Below, one piece after another: positions 24,300 to 38,235 of a stretch of DNA of 64,000 nucleotides. The DNA is taken from NCBI RefSeq assembly GCF_004010195.1, contig NC_057719.1:71812055-71876054 (forward strand), read 5' to 3'. Every line of letters begins with the position of its first letter. Positions within the stretch are counted from its first letter, which is position 1. The stretch is from Chiloscyllium plagiosum. Its lineage: Eukaryota. Under the pieces are notes generated by a model, which worked only from the letters and a program-made list of their open reading frames with translations, made no database searches and was not told where the DNA came from. The translations under genes and the position numbers were made by a program.

Positions 24300-24885
24300 G
24301 CTTCTAATCCCCATTTCATGTTCACAATGGGCTGCCAAACATATTCCTCCCTTCAACAGTAGCCATATGAATTTTCCAAAACTAGTGAACTCATCAAGGA
24401 CTCTTCAACCTGAAGATGACCCATAGAAACTTGCTGTCTTATTTCTTTACTCTTTTTCTCAAACCCTAGCATCTAACTTGTTTAGGAGCATCAGTAGTAT
24501 TTGTAGGAAAACCTCTAACCAGATCTAATGTGGCCTCCAATAGTTTCTTCCCCTTTCCAATCTTTGAATCAAAATAGAAATGCAATTTAGCTGTAATTTA
24601 GACACCCAATTGCATTCAAGCTTATTATTAAAAAAGACAGTTCAATATTTTATTTGAATTGAAACGTATTGGAGTTTAAAAACAGGTGAAGTGTTTCCAA
24701 TATAAATGGTCAATTTTACAAATGGCCAATGCCTTTGCTGGGAAATCTCAAGCACCCATTGTTGCCTTTTCATAAAAAATTTAGTCAAGAAATTATGAGC
24801 AAGAAACAGACAAGGGAGATTTTGAACCTTTCTACCAGCATGAAGCAAGATTACACTGCCCCAAAACCAGGAGAATGACACGTAA
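24300..24885 (-). pseudogene. Candidate decayed cadherin-repeat exon
   Basis: TIYIGNTSPVFKLQYVSIQI, IISLNA and HFYFDSKIGKGKKLLEATLD appear in the expected order across shifted frames. Confidence 0.5.
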
Positions 24886-25172
24886 CTGCTATGTATGATT
24901 TACCTTCCAGTTTTAATGAAAGCTATGTCTGTATTTTCTTCCCTAAGGCCTGCTGCTACATTTAAGTGTACACCTCAGACAGTAAGCCCTTTTAACACGA
25001 AAGAGACTTCCAATAAGTGTTTTCCATAACTTCAGGATGCCCCAAAATACTTCAAAGCCAACGGAATACTTCTGAAGCACATTTATTGCTGTAATGAGGA
25101 AAGGATAAGTATTGACAAGGTAATTGGGAGGAATGGTCTTTCTCTTTTTAGAAATAGTGTTATGGGATCTTT

Positions 25173-25595
25173 CACTTTTTTTAATTTCAAAAATATACTT
25201 AATTCATTAAAAAAAAAATTTGTGTACATTCATAGACACCAAAGCAGTTCAGTTCTATACAGTAGCATATAGATAAATAGACATTTGAGTTTGACTCTAT
25301 CTAACAAACAAACCAAAGGCATTTCTTCCTTATACAAGACTGTAATTACATATATCTGAGACACTGGGAGCCCGATATCTGATAGACCCACATTTAACTT
25401 GGCATTGCAACTGTACATCTAAATGCTTCTTAAATGTCCAGCAGTGGTCTTTTCCCACTGTACCCTGGCAAACAACCCCAAGCTTTAGTGCATCCTTCAG
25501 CATGTAGTCCTGGACTTTGAAAAGAGCCAATCAGCAACAGTCAGTTAGGGTCAACTCTTTACTCTGGAAGACCAATAGGTTTAGGCAGATGAATA
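25173..25595 (-). mobile_element. Tx1-clade LINE 3' fragment with a 17-bp TSD
   Basis: KVQDYMLKDALKLG C-terminal motif. agtgttatgggatcttt is repeated at 25156-25172 and 25596-25612. Confidence 0.8.
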
Positions 25596-25694
25596 AGTGT
25601 TATGGGATCTTTGACAGCCACCTCAGATAAAAGACGGAGTCCCTTTTTAAAATTTCATCTTTGTTCATACAGTATTTTCTCAGTACTGCACTTC

Positions 25695-25772
25695 ACAGTT
25701 GACATAATGTGATGAGGTATTCTGGGATATATTACAGTTGACATAATGTGATGAGGTATTCTGGGATATATT
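25695..25772. repeat. Exact 39-bp tandem duplication
   Basis: acagttgacataatgtgatgaggtattctgggatatatt occurs twice. Confidence 0.95.
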
Positions 25773-26080
25773 TGCCAGTGTTATAGCATTATGCTTAAGT
25801 TAGTTCCTGTAACAAAAGGATGAGACATGGATCACATAACATTGAAGAATCCAACAAACTTTAATTATACCTCATGGTATTTACATATGGACATTACAAT
25901 CACAACTTCAAACTGGGGTATTCAGATGTAGTGTCACACAGTACAAAAAGATAGAATTCAGCACAATGGAGACTGAGAGCTTTATACCATTAAGTCACAT
26001 ACCATGATGTGGTGATGACATCATGAGTATCTCCCTTAAACGTATGTCACTTTTGTGCTGTGAGACATATCATAACAACA
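25700..26080 (-). mobile_element. Possible solo LTR
   Basis: The minus strand starts tgttgtt and contains gtataaa then attaaa. It interrupts the Deu-SINE relic. Confidence 0.35.
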
Positions 26081-26199
26081 GTGAGGCTAGACATTGAGCT
26101 TAATGCACTTGAATGAGAATGGAACCCACAGCTTTTTGACTCGCAGGTGAGAAAGGGCTAATACAAAGCCACAACTGACAAAATGTATACATTCACATT

Positions 26200-27075
26200 C
26201 ACCAGAGTTATAGAGGTCTACAGCAGAGAAAAAAATCCTTTCAGCTCATTGAGTCTGCACAAAAACAACAGTCTAACTATTCTTAGCCATTTTTTGTTTT
26301 AGCTCCTGTATGCCTAGGCATTGCAAATGCACATCTAAATGATCTTAAATGTTAAATGCTTCTTAAATGTTATGAGGGTTTCTGCCTCTATTACGCTTAT
26401 GGTTGGTGAGTTCCAAAGTCCCAGCAGCTTCTGGTTGACAAAGCATTCCTCACATCTCCTCAAATTCTCCTGCCTTTTAACTTAAATCATTTATCCTTCC
26501 AACAAGGAGAAAAATTCCTTATTGCCTACCCTATCTGTTCTCTCCATAATTTGATACATTTCAATTATGTCCCCCCTCTGTCTCCTATGCTCCAACAGAA
26601 ACAACCCTGGTCTATCCAATCTCTCTTCATCACTAAAACTCTCCAGCCAAGGCAACATTCTGGTAAATCTCCTCTGTACACTCTCCAGGGCAATCACATC
26701 CATCCACGAGTATGGATTCCAGACCTACTGTAACTGTGGCCGAACCAACGTTTTATACAATTCCAGCATAATCTCTTGCTTTTAAACTCTGTGCCTCAGC
26801 TAATAAAGGCAAGTATCCCTTACACCTTCTTTACTACTTTATTTACTGGTCCTGCTACCTTAAAAGTCATCACAATCACTCTGATCTTCAGTGCTTCACA
26901 GGGACCTATCATTCATTATGTATTCCCTTGCCTTGTTCCTCCTGCCCAAATGCATCACCTCACACTTATATAGATTGAATTCCATTTGCCGTTGAACACA
27001 CCATCTGACCAGTCTATCCAATCTTCCTATAATCTACAGCTATCCTCCTCACTATTTACCACCCCACCAATTTTG
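26200..27075 (-). mobile_element. CR1 LINE 3' fragment
   Basis: ORF DVIALESVQRRFTRMLP..RGDIIEMYQIM. Confidence 0.88.
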
Positions 27076-27084
27076 GGCAGCACC

Positions 27085-27400
27085 TCCATCCTGTCTGTAA
27101 GAATGACCCCGACATTCCCAGTTGCTGGCCATTTCAATAAAGCCCTTTGCTTGTCCTGGGCCTGCTACCATGTTTCAATAAACACCAACACACCACATTT
27201 TCCACATCAATACTTTAAGCTTCTAGTACTCAATTTTGAATTTCACAACTTGGAATCATGACCTCTGTCCTTCATTCTCATTACAAGACCCCCACCACCC
27301 CCTCGACCATGTCGTGTTTGTGTCTTATTGGCTTTGCTTTCAGCAAAGTGGACTTTCTCTCTTACATAATTATTCTTTACACCAATTTTACATCACTATA
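27085..27400 (+). mobile_element. Decayed Penelope-like GIY-YIG C-terminal fragment
   Basis: PVAGHFN...LNFEFHN resembles PLE C-termini. Confidence 0.45.
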
Positions 27401-27429
27401 TCTCTTTAACCAACAATAACACTCAACTG

Positions 27430-28897
27430 GGTACTCTCACCAACCAGAGGAAGAATGTCCTCTTTCCTCAGGACTGACAAAGGAATCCACAGTGCCAGAC
27501 CCTACCCACCTCATCTGAGGTTGCCACCTGAGGCAGTGCAGTCTGAGCCATCTGGAAGAATGCCCAGAAATGTAGAAAAGAAGGTTAATGATCTCTCCAC
27601 TCTGCCTGTGTAAGTGCAATACTCTCCCGTCTTCTATGTCATCCTCATCTATTTCTGCTACCATACCCATCTCCCAGCAAGGCTCAGGTTCCACCCCTCT
27701 CCCTATTGCATGCAACATCTTTCATCACTCACTCTTACCCTCACAATTTCACCTCCTTCCACCCTCCCAACACCACTGACCTTCCATGGTCTCCTCATTC
27801 ACTCACTTGGGACACCTCACCCAATCCCGCCCTTTCCCTCATTCCCAGTGAAAACATTCCACAATAGGGCTGAAAGAGACAAGCAAACTATCGGATGGCC
27901 AATATATGTTTCCTCACTCCCTACAAGAACAAGATCTTGACCCTGACTGCACCAAGTTGCCAACTGACTGCCCCCTAGTCCCTGGTCTTACATCAGAGGC
28001 TGCCATTGACTTACTGTGTTGACATCTCATGAATGAGGGGTATCGTCTTTGACCTGACTGAGGATTATCCCCTTAGTTTTTAAAACAAGTCCATTTAGTT
28101 GATGCACATGTAATGTTTGCAGCATATGCTGCTGGTCCTTGGTAGGTGTGAAATTTGCATGGCATGATGCCACACAGCAATATGTTCACCCCTCTGAATA
28201 ATGACAGCTGCCAACCATGACAGGCTTGCTGATTTTGTGATTTTACTAAAGATATCTCAAGACAGATGTACTATGTGGCTGTTATCTTGAGCTGAGGGGC
28301 AAAGGCAAAGCATCTAGTTAGATAATAAGTGAGTAAGTGCTGAGAGAACAAGTGAGCAGTCTGCTTCTGTCCATGAGCTGCAAGTCTGTCCTTGCTCACA
28401 GTGCCCTTGCTGAAGCATTCTAATAACAGCCAGAGCGCTCCAAGGTGCAGCAACAAAGTAAGTGGATCAGAGATGTTCAATGATTGTGCAGAGAGGCTGG
28501 CATCTGTCGGATGTCAGCCTGTGTTGATATGGACTGTGTGCAGCTGGTGTCCATGGTGTGTGACATTGGTACAGGCCGTACAAGATGAAGGGCCAGAGGA
28601 GTGTGCAATGAGCTGAAGTTGCGAGGTACCGGCTCCTTCATTCATATTAGGAATTTCCAAAGTCTAGTTTCTATCCACTGAGTATGATAGTTAACATTAA
28701 TGAGGAAACATTATATAATAACGGAGGTGACAATAAGTGATAATCCCTGTTAATAGGCCTCTCTTCCCCCTCTAGGGTGAATCTCATCCCAATATCCAGA
28801 ACTTAGTTAAAAAATGTAACTTGTTGACTTCCTATGTAATTTTATCAAATTTCTCACCAAACCCCATATCATACAAGACGTGGGAAGATTCCTCCCA
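27430..28897 (+). mobile_element. Harbinger-derived element with a Myb/SANT-like remnant
   Basis: RKNVLFPQD..EVAT.GSAV..WKNAQKCRK..NDL followed by a gtaagt donor (about 27448-27615). Ends in ggaagattcctccc, which is TIR-like. Confidence 0.55.
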
Positions 28898-29793
28898 TCA
28901 TCAATGACAAATGACGAAGTAGTATGTGGGCTATTAATAAAGTCTCTCTTGAAACTTCATCATACATCATATTTAAATCATAGTGAAACTTGGAAGCTGT
29001 GTCCTAAAGAAGTAAATTATGTGCTATCATGACCAGGGCCTAATTACATTGTATGTGGCTCAGCCTTGCTAGAATATACCCAGAGAGTTTACAAAAGATA
29101 GCATTGATGAAATCATTGTTGCTAATAATTTATTATAGACTTTCAAGATTTAAAATTAATCAGGAATAAAATGTTTTATACTATTTATAAATAAATTTTG
29201 TAGCACTTGCTATAAAGTATGCACAATGAAATTATATCAAACTCCATAAACCTACATTTACATAATGTAGTCTTATCCCCCATACACATATAGACATAAA
29301 CATTTAGTATTGAATTTCATTAAGTTGTATACTGTCTTCCAAGATATTGTTTCTAATTTCTGTTATTTCAGGTTTGCTCTTTCGAATATTTTATGTTTAA
29401 TCTTAGGAAATGAGCATTCTTATAGTGCAGGGTCATCCACAGTTTGGGAAAGAGGGCCAGAATTTTGATCCAATAATTGTGAAGGAATGGCAGGATAGTT
29501 CCAAGTAGGATCTTGCAAGCGATTGACGGGAATTTACAGGTGGTGCGGTTCTCATGCCTCTGTTGCCAACAAAGTACTTTGCCAGGGATACTGCCAAGCT
29601 TCTGGAGTGTAATTGGAGCTGGTCTTATCCAGGTTAGTGGGGAATTTTCACCACATTCCTGATTTGTGCCTTATAAATGGTAAACAAGGGTTCAGCAGAA
29701 GGGAGGTGAGCTATTTACCACAAATTTCGGAGTCTCTAACCAGCTCTTGTAGCTACGGTGTTTATATTGATGGTCCAGACAGTTTCCGGTCAA

Positions 29794-32700
29794 TTTTTTA
29801 AAAAATATATTTTTATTGAAAAAATAGATTTTTAAAAAATATTATAACAAATACAAAACAATACAATTCAAAACAGTACAAAAAAAACAAATTAAAAAAA
29901 AGTCCAGCCCACTCTCATGTACTAATGTATAGACATATATAGAAAAATATAGAATAAAAAACCAAACTAGCTATTTAACTAAATAAATAATAACCCACAA
30001 CAAACTAATAAATAGTAATAACTCAACTCAGCCAAACAAGACACTCATACATTCACAGTTCCTCCTCCCTGGATATTGGACTCGTAAAACACAATTGTTC
30101 CGGTTATATAAAAGCCTTTATTAGTGTGGCAGATAAAACTGTGTCCAGGTATTCCAAAAAGGGCTGCCATATTTTATAAAAATTCTCAATTTTGTGGTGT
30201 ACCATATTTGTGAGAAAATCCAAGGGAATATGCTCCATAACAACCTTCCGCCAACCCAAAAGGCTCGGGGGATTTTCGGATACCGAACCGAACAAGATAT
30301 TCTTTCTTGCGCAAAAAGTGAGGATATTGAAAAGTTTTTTCTAATGATCGGCTGCAGGAAACACACTGGGCAGGCTAAAAAGAGGAGAGATCAGGTCCTT
30401 CTCCACCTTTACACCCAAAATCCTCTCCATTGCGCCCACCATAGTGCTCCAGTATGTTTGAAGCCTACCACAGGACCAGAGACAATGGGTAAGAGTGCCC
30501 TTAAAGACCTTGCACTTGGGACATGTTGAAGATATCTCTGGTTTAATCTTTGACAAATGATCTGGAGCCAAGTGGACCCTGTAGAGAATCTTCAACTGTA
30601 AAGCATGGGTCCTATTGTAAATTGTTATTTTTCTTGCATTTTCCCAAATATCTTCCCATGCCTCTGAAGAGACCTCAATGCCTAGCTCTCTCTCTCACAC
30701 CCTGCAGAGTTGATCAAACTCATCTGAGGGGGCACCCCCCAAATTGATGACATAAAATGCTGACAGAAAATGTACTCTTAGCACTGAGCACCCCCTCTCT
30801 ATGTCTGATTTATAGGGATCAGTCAAATGTATAGTGTTTTTTGAATAAAATCCCTAACTTGAAAAAAAGCAAACAAGTTCCCTATCAGATAGCTCGTATT
30901 TCCGTGCTAACTGATCAAAAGACATCATTGTGTCTCCCTCAAATAAATCGCCCATGCAAGACACACCCCTAGGTCCCCAACGTTGGAATCCTGAATCCAT
31001 CATCCCTGGTTGAAAACTCAGCATTACCACTACTGCTGTAAGAAAAGATGCTTTGCCAATGTTGCCTTCCCTCTGCCAAACTGCCCTCCATGCTTTAACA
31101 GTATTGATAACTATTGGGTTATGGCAATACTCCTCAACTGTCCTCATTTTGTCCAAAAACAGCAAGCTAGTAATGGGGCACTTTGTTTGGGAGGTTTCAA
31201 TATCTAACCATATTGAAAGAGAGTCCCCACAAGCCCAATCACTCACTTAGGATAAAAGCAAGCTTAGTTGATAGTTTTTAATGTCTGGGAGATCTACTCC
31301 CCCCAGTCTGTGAGGTAATTGATGTTTAGCTAATTTAACGAGGGGCCGCTTATGATGCCAAATAAAAGAGCTGAACCAGCCGTTCAACCTCCTGAGAGTT
31401 TGCTTATTGAAAATCGGGGGGGGGGCATCTTCGGCGGGGCGGTGTGGACTTGTTGGGCCGAAGGGCCTGTTTCCACACTGTAAGTAATCTAATCTAATCT
31501 AATCTAATATTCATCTTAATATGTGCTATCCGAACCAAACCATGAGACTGGAAGTGCCTCCCATCTTTGAAGGTCTTGTTTGATTTTGTCAAATAATTGA
31601 ACAAAATTGGCTTTGAACAGGCAATCTAGTACTGGAGTAATGAATATACCCAAATACACAAACCTCCCCTCCCCGCCAACGTCCCGTGACTTAAATGGGA
31701 ATTGATATTCGCCCTCAAGACCTAGCACCTTCGTCAGAGGCATAGCCTCTGATTTCGCAAAATTAATTTTGTACCCCGAAAAGGTGCCAAACGTGCTGAT
31801 GCATTGTATCAGGTGAAGAACTCAAAGTGCTGGACTTGACAAAAAAAATTAGGACATCGTCTGCTTACAACAAAATCTTATGTAATTTTGACCCCACTGC
31901 TGCAGCTGATATATTAGGATCCCCATGAATGACCTCCGCCAATGGTACAATCACCAACGTAAAAAGCAATGGTGAAAGGGGGCAGCCCTGCCGGCTGCCC
32001 CTAAAAATGTTAAAATTGCTTGAATCCACCCCATTGGTGATGACCACGGATCACTGTGGAGAATCTTTACCCATCTTATAAAAGCTTCACCCAAGCAAAA
32101 CCACTCCAGAGTTTAGGAAAGTTATGGCCACTCAACTCGGTCAAATGCCTTCTCTGCATCTAGAGAAATCACCAATCCCTGTATTGACTGTTGTTGACAC
32201 GCTTGAATTACATTAGGCGGTCTCCTAACATTATTGGAGGATCTGTGACCCTTTATGAAACTCGTCTGATCCACTTTAACAATAGAAGTTAACACAGTCT
32301 CCAGTCTTAACGCGAGAGTCTTAGAGAGGATTTTAAAGTTCACATTTAAGCATGAAATGGGCCTGTATGAAGCAAAGTCCTCCTGGACCTTTCCTTTTTT
32401 TAAGAATAAGTTGAAATATTAGCCTCTCTCAGAGATGGCGGGAGACAATCATGACTGTATGAATCATTAAACATATTGAGCATCGTGCCTGACAATATGT
32501 TTATAAATTCCTTATGGAATTCGCTGGGAAGTCTGTCAGGACTGAGCGCCTTTCCACTCTGATGCTGCTGCACCTCTTACTCTGATAAGGAAGCATTGAG
32601 AAAGGACTCTTATTCGAGTGTCACATCCGGGAGCTTCAGATCCTTAAAATAAGATTCCATTTTGGCTGCCCCTCCTCACAACCCTCAGATTGGTATAATT

Positions 32701-35626
32701 TAGAGTAAAATCTCTGAAATGCCACATTAATCTTTTTAGAGTCACATGTCAGGTTCCCAGATCCTTCTCTAATCACTGTAATGGCTTGTGGGGCATTCCT
32801 TTTCCTGGTGGGATATGCTAAGTATTTGCCTGGCCTGTCACCATGCTCATATAACTTTTGCTTTGCAAAAGCAAGCTCCTCTTTGCCATCTGCATGAGCA
32901 CGGAATTCAATGCAGACCACTGCGCCATAATCCTCTGTAGTTTAACCAACGAGGGTCTGTCAAAGGAAGCCTACTTGGCTGCATTAAACCATGCTTTGAG
33001 GAGATGTTGCTGAACACCCTTCTGCCACTTTCTACTGGTAGAATAGGAAATAACTAACCCCCTGGCATAGGCTTTGACAGTTTCCCAAAGGACGGATGGG
33101 TTACTAACTGAGCCTGAGTTAATGTCTAAGAGTGCCCGAAATTCCCTAGAGAAGTACTCCACAAACTTATTATCCTTAAGGATAAAGGGATTCATTCACC
33201 AGTGCCTCGGGCCCACTGTAATTTCCTTAATCTTAACCAACTGGTACACTGGAGTGTGATCAGATTTGGCAATGTTACCAATCACATAAGATGCCATCAA
33301 GTCTAGGGTTGCCACGGGGCCAGAAAAAAATCAATCCTGGTGTGGCATTTGTGCAGTTTGGAGAAAATTGTAAAATCCCTGCCTGTAGGGTGGCGACACC
33401 TCCAGATGTCCACCAACCCTAATTCCACATACAGACCCACTAATTGTTTAGTTTGTTACAGAGAGTATCAGGGGACATTTGGGCAACCTGACTACTGTGG
33501 AATCCATGAGACAATTAAAATCTCCCCTCATTATGATGTACTGGAACTCGAGACTGATCAGTTTAGAAAACGCATCTACCCAAAATTTGAAGGGATGAGC
33601 TGGAAGGCAATAAACATTTCAAACACCATGTTCTTCCCGATTTATCAAAGCTTTAAGAATTGCAAACCTCCCGTGTGTGTCTTTAACATACTCTAGTAGC
33701 TTAAATGGGAAATTCCTCCTAACCAATATAGCCGCTCCCCTACTTCTGGTATTAAATGATAAAAAATAAATTTGATGAAAGCCATTCTGCTGTAATTTCA
33801 AATGCACCTTAAAATCCAAGTGTGTCTCCTGTAACAAAGCAATATCCATCTTCTCCTTTCTAAGACTCAAAAGTACCTTCTTCCTCTTAATTGGTGAGTG
33901 ACTCCCCTTGATGTTCCAGGTACACCATTTAATCAAGTCATTAGCCGTAACCTTCTGCAGTAACATTTAAATTCCAGAGAGCAGGAACTCGAATCACAAA
34001 TCACTGAGCCTTCATGTCACATGATCCATTGAATGTAAAAACAACATAAGCTAAAACCACTACAGTTAACAAACCTACAAAACTATTAAAAATTAAAAAC
34101 AACAAAAAACAAAAAACAAATCAACATATAAAGTGCCAATGGCACTGAATAGGGCAAATCACCCCCTGCCCAGAGGGGGCAACTACCCATCCCAAACTGC
34201 ACATAAGTATGCATCTAGCCATCCCACCCATTTTCCCTTCTCCTAGCTAGAGCCGCACTGCGAACACAAGTAGAAAATAAAGTAAACACACCATAGAATA
34301 GCAATATGAATAAAGAAAACAGTTTTAAAGAAAAAAAAGGGTGAATACTCCACCCATCGTTTGGTATATCTTAACTTAGAACATCTCAACCACCACCAAA
34401 CAGTTTAAACCAAATTATTATCAATAGAAAAAAAATAGAAAAAGAAAGCTCCATCCGGACTTCCTCTGTTTCTTTTACAAAACGACAAAGACATACCCAA
34501 ACAGCACCATTATTTATGTATACTAAATTGTTCAGATTAGGTTAATTTGTCCACAAAGTCTCTTGCCTTCTCCAACATGTCAAAGAGATGTACAGATCCA
34601 TCTAAGGTGATCCGAAGCACTGCCGGATACCTCGGAGAGTACTGGATCTCAAGCTCTGCGAACACAAGTAGAAAATAAAGTAAACACACCATAGAATAGC
34701 AATATGAATAAAGAAAACAGTTTTAAAGAAAAAAAAGGGTGAATACTCCACCCATCGTTCAGTCTTCTCTTGACACCATCATAAGATTTTCTTTTCTGGA
34801 TCACCGCCACTGAGAAGTCCTGGAAGAACATGATCTTTTAGCCCTCATAAATTAGGGCCTTCGGATACTTCCCCTGGATTCTGGAAGCTTCCATGATTCT
34901 CTCCTTATCCCTATCGTGATGGAACCTCACCAGGAGAAGACAAGGATGTTGACCCAGACCTGATCTCCGTGCCGTGACCCGGTGAGCCCTTTCTATCTTC
35001 AATCCTCTCATGCCAACCTCCATGTCAAGGAATTTCAGCAGCCAGTCCTCAACAAATTCTGCAGGCCTCTCACCTTCCTTACCCTCAGGCAGACCAATGA
35101 TCCAAATATTTTTCCCCTGCCCCTGCTCTCAAGGTCATCCACTTGGTCATGCAAATTATGGACCTGCATTTTGAGGGCTTGGATCCTATCCTTGGATGAA
35201 CTTGCATCAGCTTCCACCACTATGACTCTGTGCTCAACCTCACTCGCCCTCTTTTCCAGGTCTCCCAGTTGCTGCTCATGCTTCTGCAGCATGAGAGAGG
35301 AGACAGCTTCTCTTGTATTTGTTTCCCCAACATCTAGCGAGATTTCATGAGCTCATTCACCAGGACCTGGAAGGTAATCGAGCCCGAGGATCCTGAGGCT
35401 GGGCCACAGGCTCGCCTTGGATGCTCCTCTTTTTCTCGGCATTTCTGGACGGCAGGAAATGCAAGTAAGTTAACTTTTCAAAGTTTCTTGGGACTCCACG
35501 ATCTTTCTGGAGTCCCAGGATATCGTGATGGTCCAGGTTGTGCAGGTTAAAGGTTCATCCTGCTTTTGCTGCAGTGTGGAGCTCTGCAATGCAATCCTCC
35601 TGGATCGTCGCCATCTTGGATCTCCC
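29794..35626 (-). mobile_element. Full-length decayed L1-clade LINE (about 5.8 kb)
   Basis: ORF1 (coiled coil, DDLESRGR, IERAHR, FFQDFS) and ORF2 (WNIKG..IALLQETHL, SLDAEKAFDRVEW, RGSRQGCPLSPLLF, CPKC..THCLWSC). TSD tc[c/t]ggtcaa at 29785-29793 and 35627-35635. Confidence 0.93.
31427..31508 (+). mobile_element. HE1 SINE 3' fragment inserted in L1 ORF2
   Basis: ggtgtggacttgttgggccgaagggcctgtttccacactgtaag followed by (aatct)n. Confidence 0.85.
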
Positions 35627-35879
35627 TCTGGTCAAGTTTGATGGTCAGGCTACAATATCTAATGTTAGATTTATTGATTTTTTAAATATCATTTATTTTA
35701 AGTTTGGATTTTGAATTATTAGATAGTAACATTTGCTTCTCCATGGGTCTGACATCATTGTCACATCCTGCTCTCTCTCTCTCTTTCCCTATAATTCTGG
35801 AGAATTTTGGAACGTACACTGTACCATTGTAATGGCTGTACATTCTCAGTATTGTGAGGTGGACAAATGTTAACAGTTC

Positions 35880-36490
35880 CCCACTGCTCTTTCAGCAAAT
35901 GGTGAGGGTCACTCCTTAGTGATGTAGCGCTGAGTGCATATACTCAGAATGTCCAACCTGGTTATGAAGACCCCAGTCAGGGTAAAGAACTTGACTCCTG
36001 CATCCTGCAGATGTTAGTCACCTCGGCGCGACTCTCTTGAGTAGCCTGTGCGAGGCCCTTCATGTGGCTGTCCCAGACCCCAAGTTATGCTGTTGAAATG
36101 CTTGAGGTGCTAAATTCATGTGTGACTCAATCCAAGCTGCCCAGGTCTAATGGAGGCTGCTTTTATCCATGAATGAGGAATAGACCCTGCTGTGTGGCCC
36201 AATAATCAGGAGAAGGATGTTGTTAGGAATTGGTAAAGTTGACAGCCAACCCTTGGTGGCTTGCTGACATTTCCCTTAAGGGAGAGGTGGAGGGGCAAGT
36301 GACGACCACAGGTTATTGTTGAGCTCCTGGCTTTGAACATAAGAGGGATTCCCATATTATGATTAAATATGGTACCAATGACATAGACTCTGGAAGATGC
36401 TGGGGGTGAGGCAGGGGATGGAGCGGGGTGGGGGGGAGGCTGCTGGGAGTGGCAAGGAGAGCACACTGAAAGTGATTTTCCCTTTAAGCC
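35880..36490 (-). mobile_element. Possible Harbinger transposase N-terminal relic
   Basis: Weak minus-strand resemblance (EVTNIC, KFF..G.F). TIR-like gattttccc near 36480. Confidence 0.3.
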
Positions 36491-36805
36491 ATGAGGGAAT
36501 GCATATGAGAGAAGACCTTGCGACTAGTTTTGATAGATGTGATGCTATCTAAAATAGCCACTGTTACACTTGAACACAAAAATGGAAAGACATGGGCACA
36601 AGCTCAGTTGTTTGCCACAGCTACTGTCTGATCTATTGAGTCTTTCCAGATATTTTGTTTTAATTTAGTTTTCCGGCATCTGCACTATTTTGCTTTTCTA
36701 CTGCTGTTAAAGTAAATCATTGACTGATCATTAGATGGAGTGTGGTTAGGGCATGGAAGTTGTTAACACAGTAAATCGGCGAGTCAATGGGCACAGATAA
36801 ATTTC

Positions 36806-37277
36806 TGATGCTTGAGATCAGAGTCGAAAAACGTGGTGCTGGAAAAGCACAGCCAGTCAGGTAGTTTCCTGATGCAGGGTTTATGCCCAAAATGACTAGA
36901 TCCCCTACAGTGTGGAAACAGGCCATTTAGCTCAACCAGTCCACACCAACGCTCTAAAGAGTAACCCACCCAGACCTATTTCCCTCTGACTAATGCACCT
37001 AACACTATGGGCGATTTAGCATGGCCAATTCACCTGATGTGCACATCTTTGGACTGTAGGAGGAGACCAGAGCACCAGGAGGAAACCCGCACAGACACAG
37101 GGAAAACGTGCAAACTCCACACAGACAGTCATCTGAGGCTGGAATTGAACCCAGGTCATTGGCACTGTGAGGCTGCAGTGCTAACCAATGAGCCACCATG
37201 CTACCCTAATATTGACTCTCCTGCTTCTCAGATACTGCTTGACCTGCTGTGTGCTTTTCCAGTGCCACTCTTTTCGA
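36806..37277. mobile_element. Palindromic pLTR-derived insertion split by a SINE
   Basis: Left arm 36806-36864. The right arm begins tttcctgatgcagggtttatgcccaaaatg and resumes at about 37210. Degenerate TSD cacagataaatttc/tatagatacatttc. Confidence 0.7.
36896..37206 (-). mobile_element. Full-length HE1/V-SINE
   Basis: A box tggctcattgg, B box ggttcaattcc, V domain and CR1-derived tail. Confidence 0.92.
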
Positions 37278-37875
37278 TATAGATACATTTCATACCAACC
37301 GAATGCGCACATGAGAGAGGAAACAATGAAAAAAAATATAGGCAACATGGAGTTGGTTGGGAGGAGGTTTGTGTGCAGCAGAAACACAGGCAAGGATAAG
37401 GAGGGCCAAATGTCATGTTTTTGTGCTGTAGTTTTGATGTAATTCAACATAATTGAACTTTCCAAGCAAAATATACACAGTGTGTTGAATGTGGTTCATT
37501 CCCAAGTTGTATTGTCATGTCCTCACATTGCACTGCAATCAGAGTTCAAATAATTAAGATAAGACAGTTAGATTTGATTTGGTTAAAATAACTTTCACAC
37601 TAAATATTAGGACACATGTCTCTGCTTTATTTATTATATCTGACATAAATCTACACCTGATCAATGGCGACATTAGGGCAAGATAATCATTTGTGTGTCT
37701 CCTTTGCATGAGGACAGTAACTGACCAACAATGAATTTTGATAGGTAGAGCACAGGACTCGTAAATTATAGTCATAGAGTCATGGAGATGTACAGCATGG
37801 AAACAGACCCTTCGGTCCAACGTGTCTATGTTGACCAGATATTCCAACCTAATCTAGTCCCAGTTGCCAGCACTT

Positions 37876-38235
37876 GGAGGGGCATGGATAGGATAAATAG
37901 ACAAAGTTTTTTCCCTGGGGTTGGGGAGTCCAGAACTAGAGGGCATGGGTTTAGGGTGAGAGGGGAAAGATATAAAAGGGACCTAAGGGGCAACTTTTTC
38001 ACGCAGAGGGTGGTACGTGTATGGAATGAGCTGCCAGAGGAAGTGGTGGAGGCTGGTACAATTGCAACATTTAAGAGGCATTTGGATGGGTATATGAATA
38101 GGAAGGGTGTGGAGGGATATGGGCCGGGTGCTGGCAGGTGGGAGTAGATAGGGTTGGGATATCTGGTCAGCATGGACGGGTTGGACCGAAGGGTCTGTTT
38201 CCATGCTGTACATCTCCATGATTCTATGACTCTAT
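37876..38235 (+). mobile_element. CR1 3' end inserted in the opposite orientation
   Basis: RGMDRINRQSFFPGVGESRTRGH... followed by a ctatgactctat tail. Confidence 0.88.

Larger units (their letters stand above)
25010..26180 (-). mobile_element. Deu-domain SINE relic split by Tx1 and LTR-like insertions
   Basis: gaaatagtgttatgggatcttt|gacagccacctcaga...cagtactgcact, with head-like sequence at about 26080-26180. Confidence 0.55.

Noticed and set aside
28780..29140. Additional cadherin-like exon
   Set aside because: Minus-strand translations show no convincing motif.
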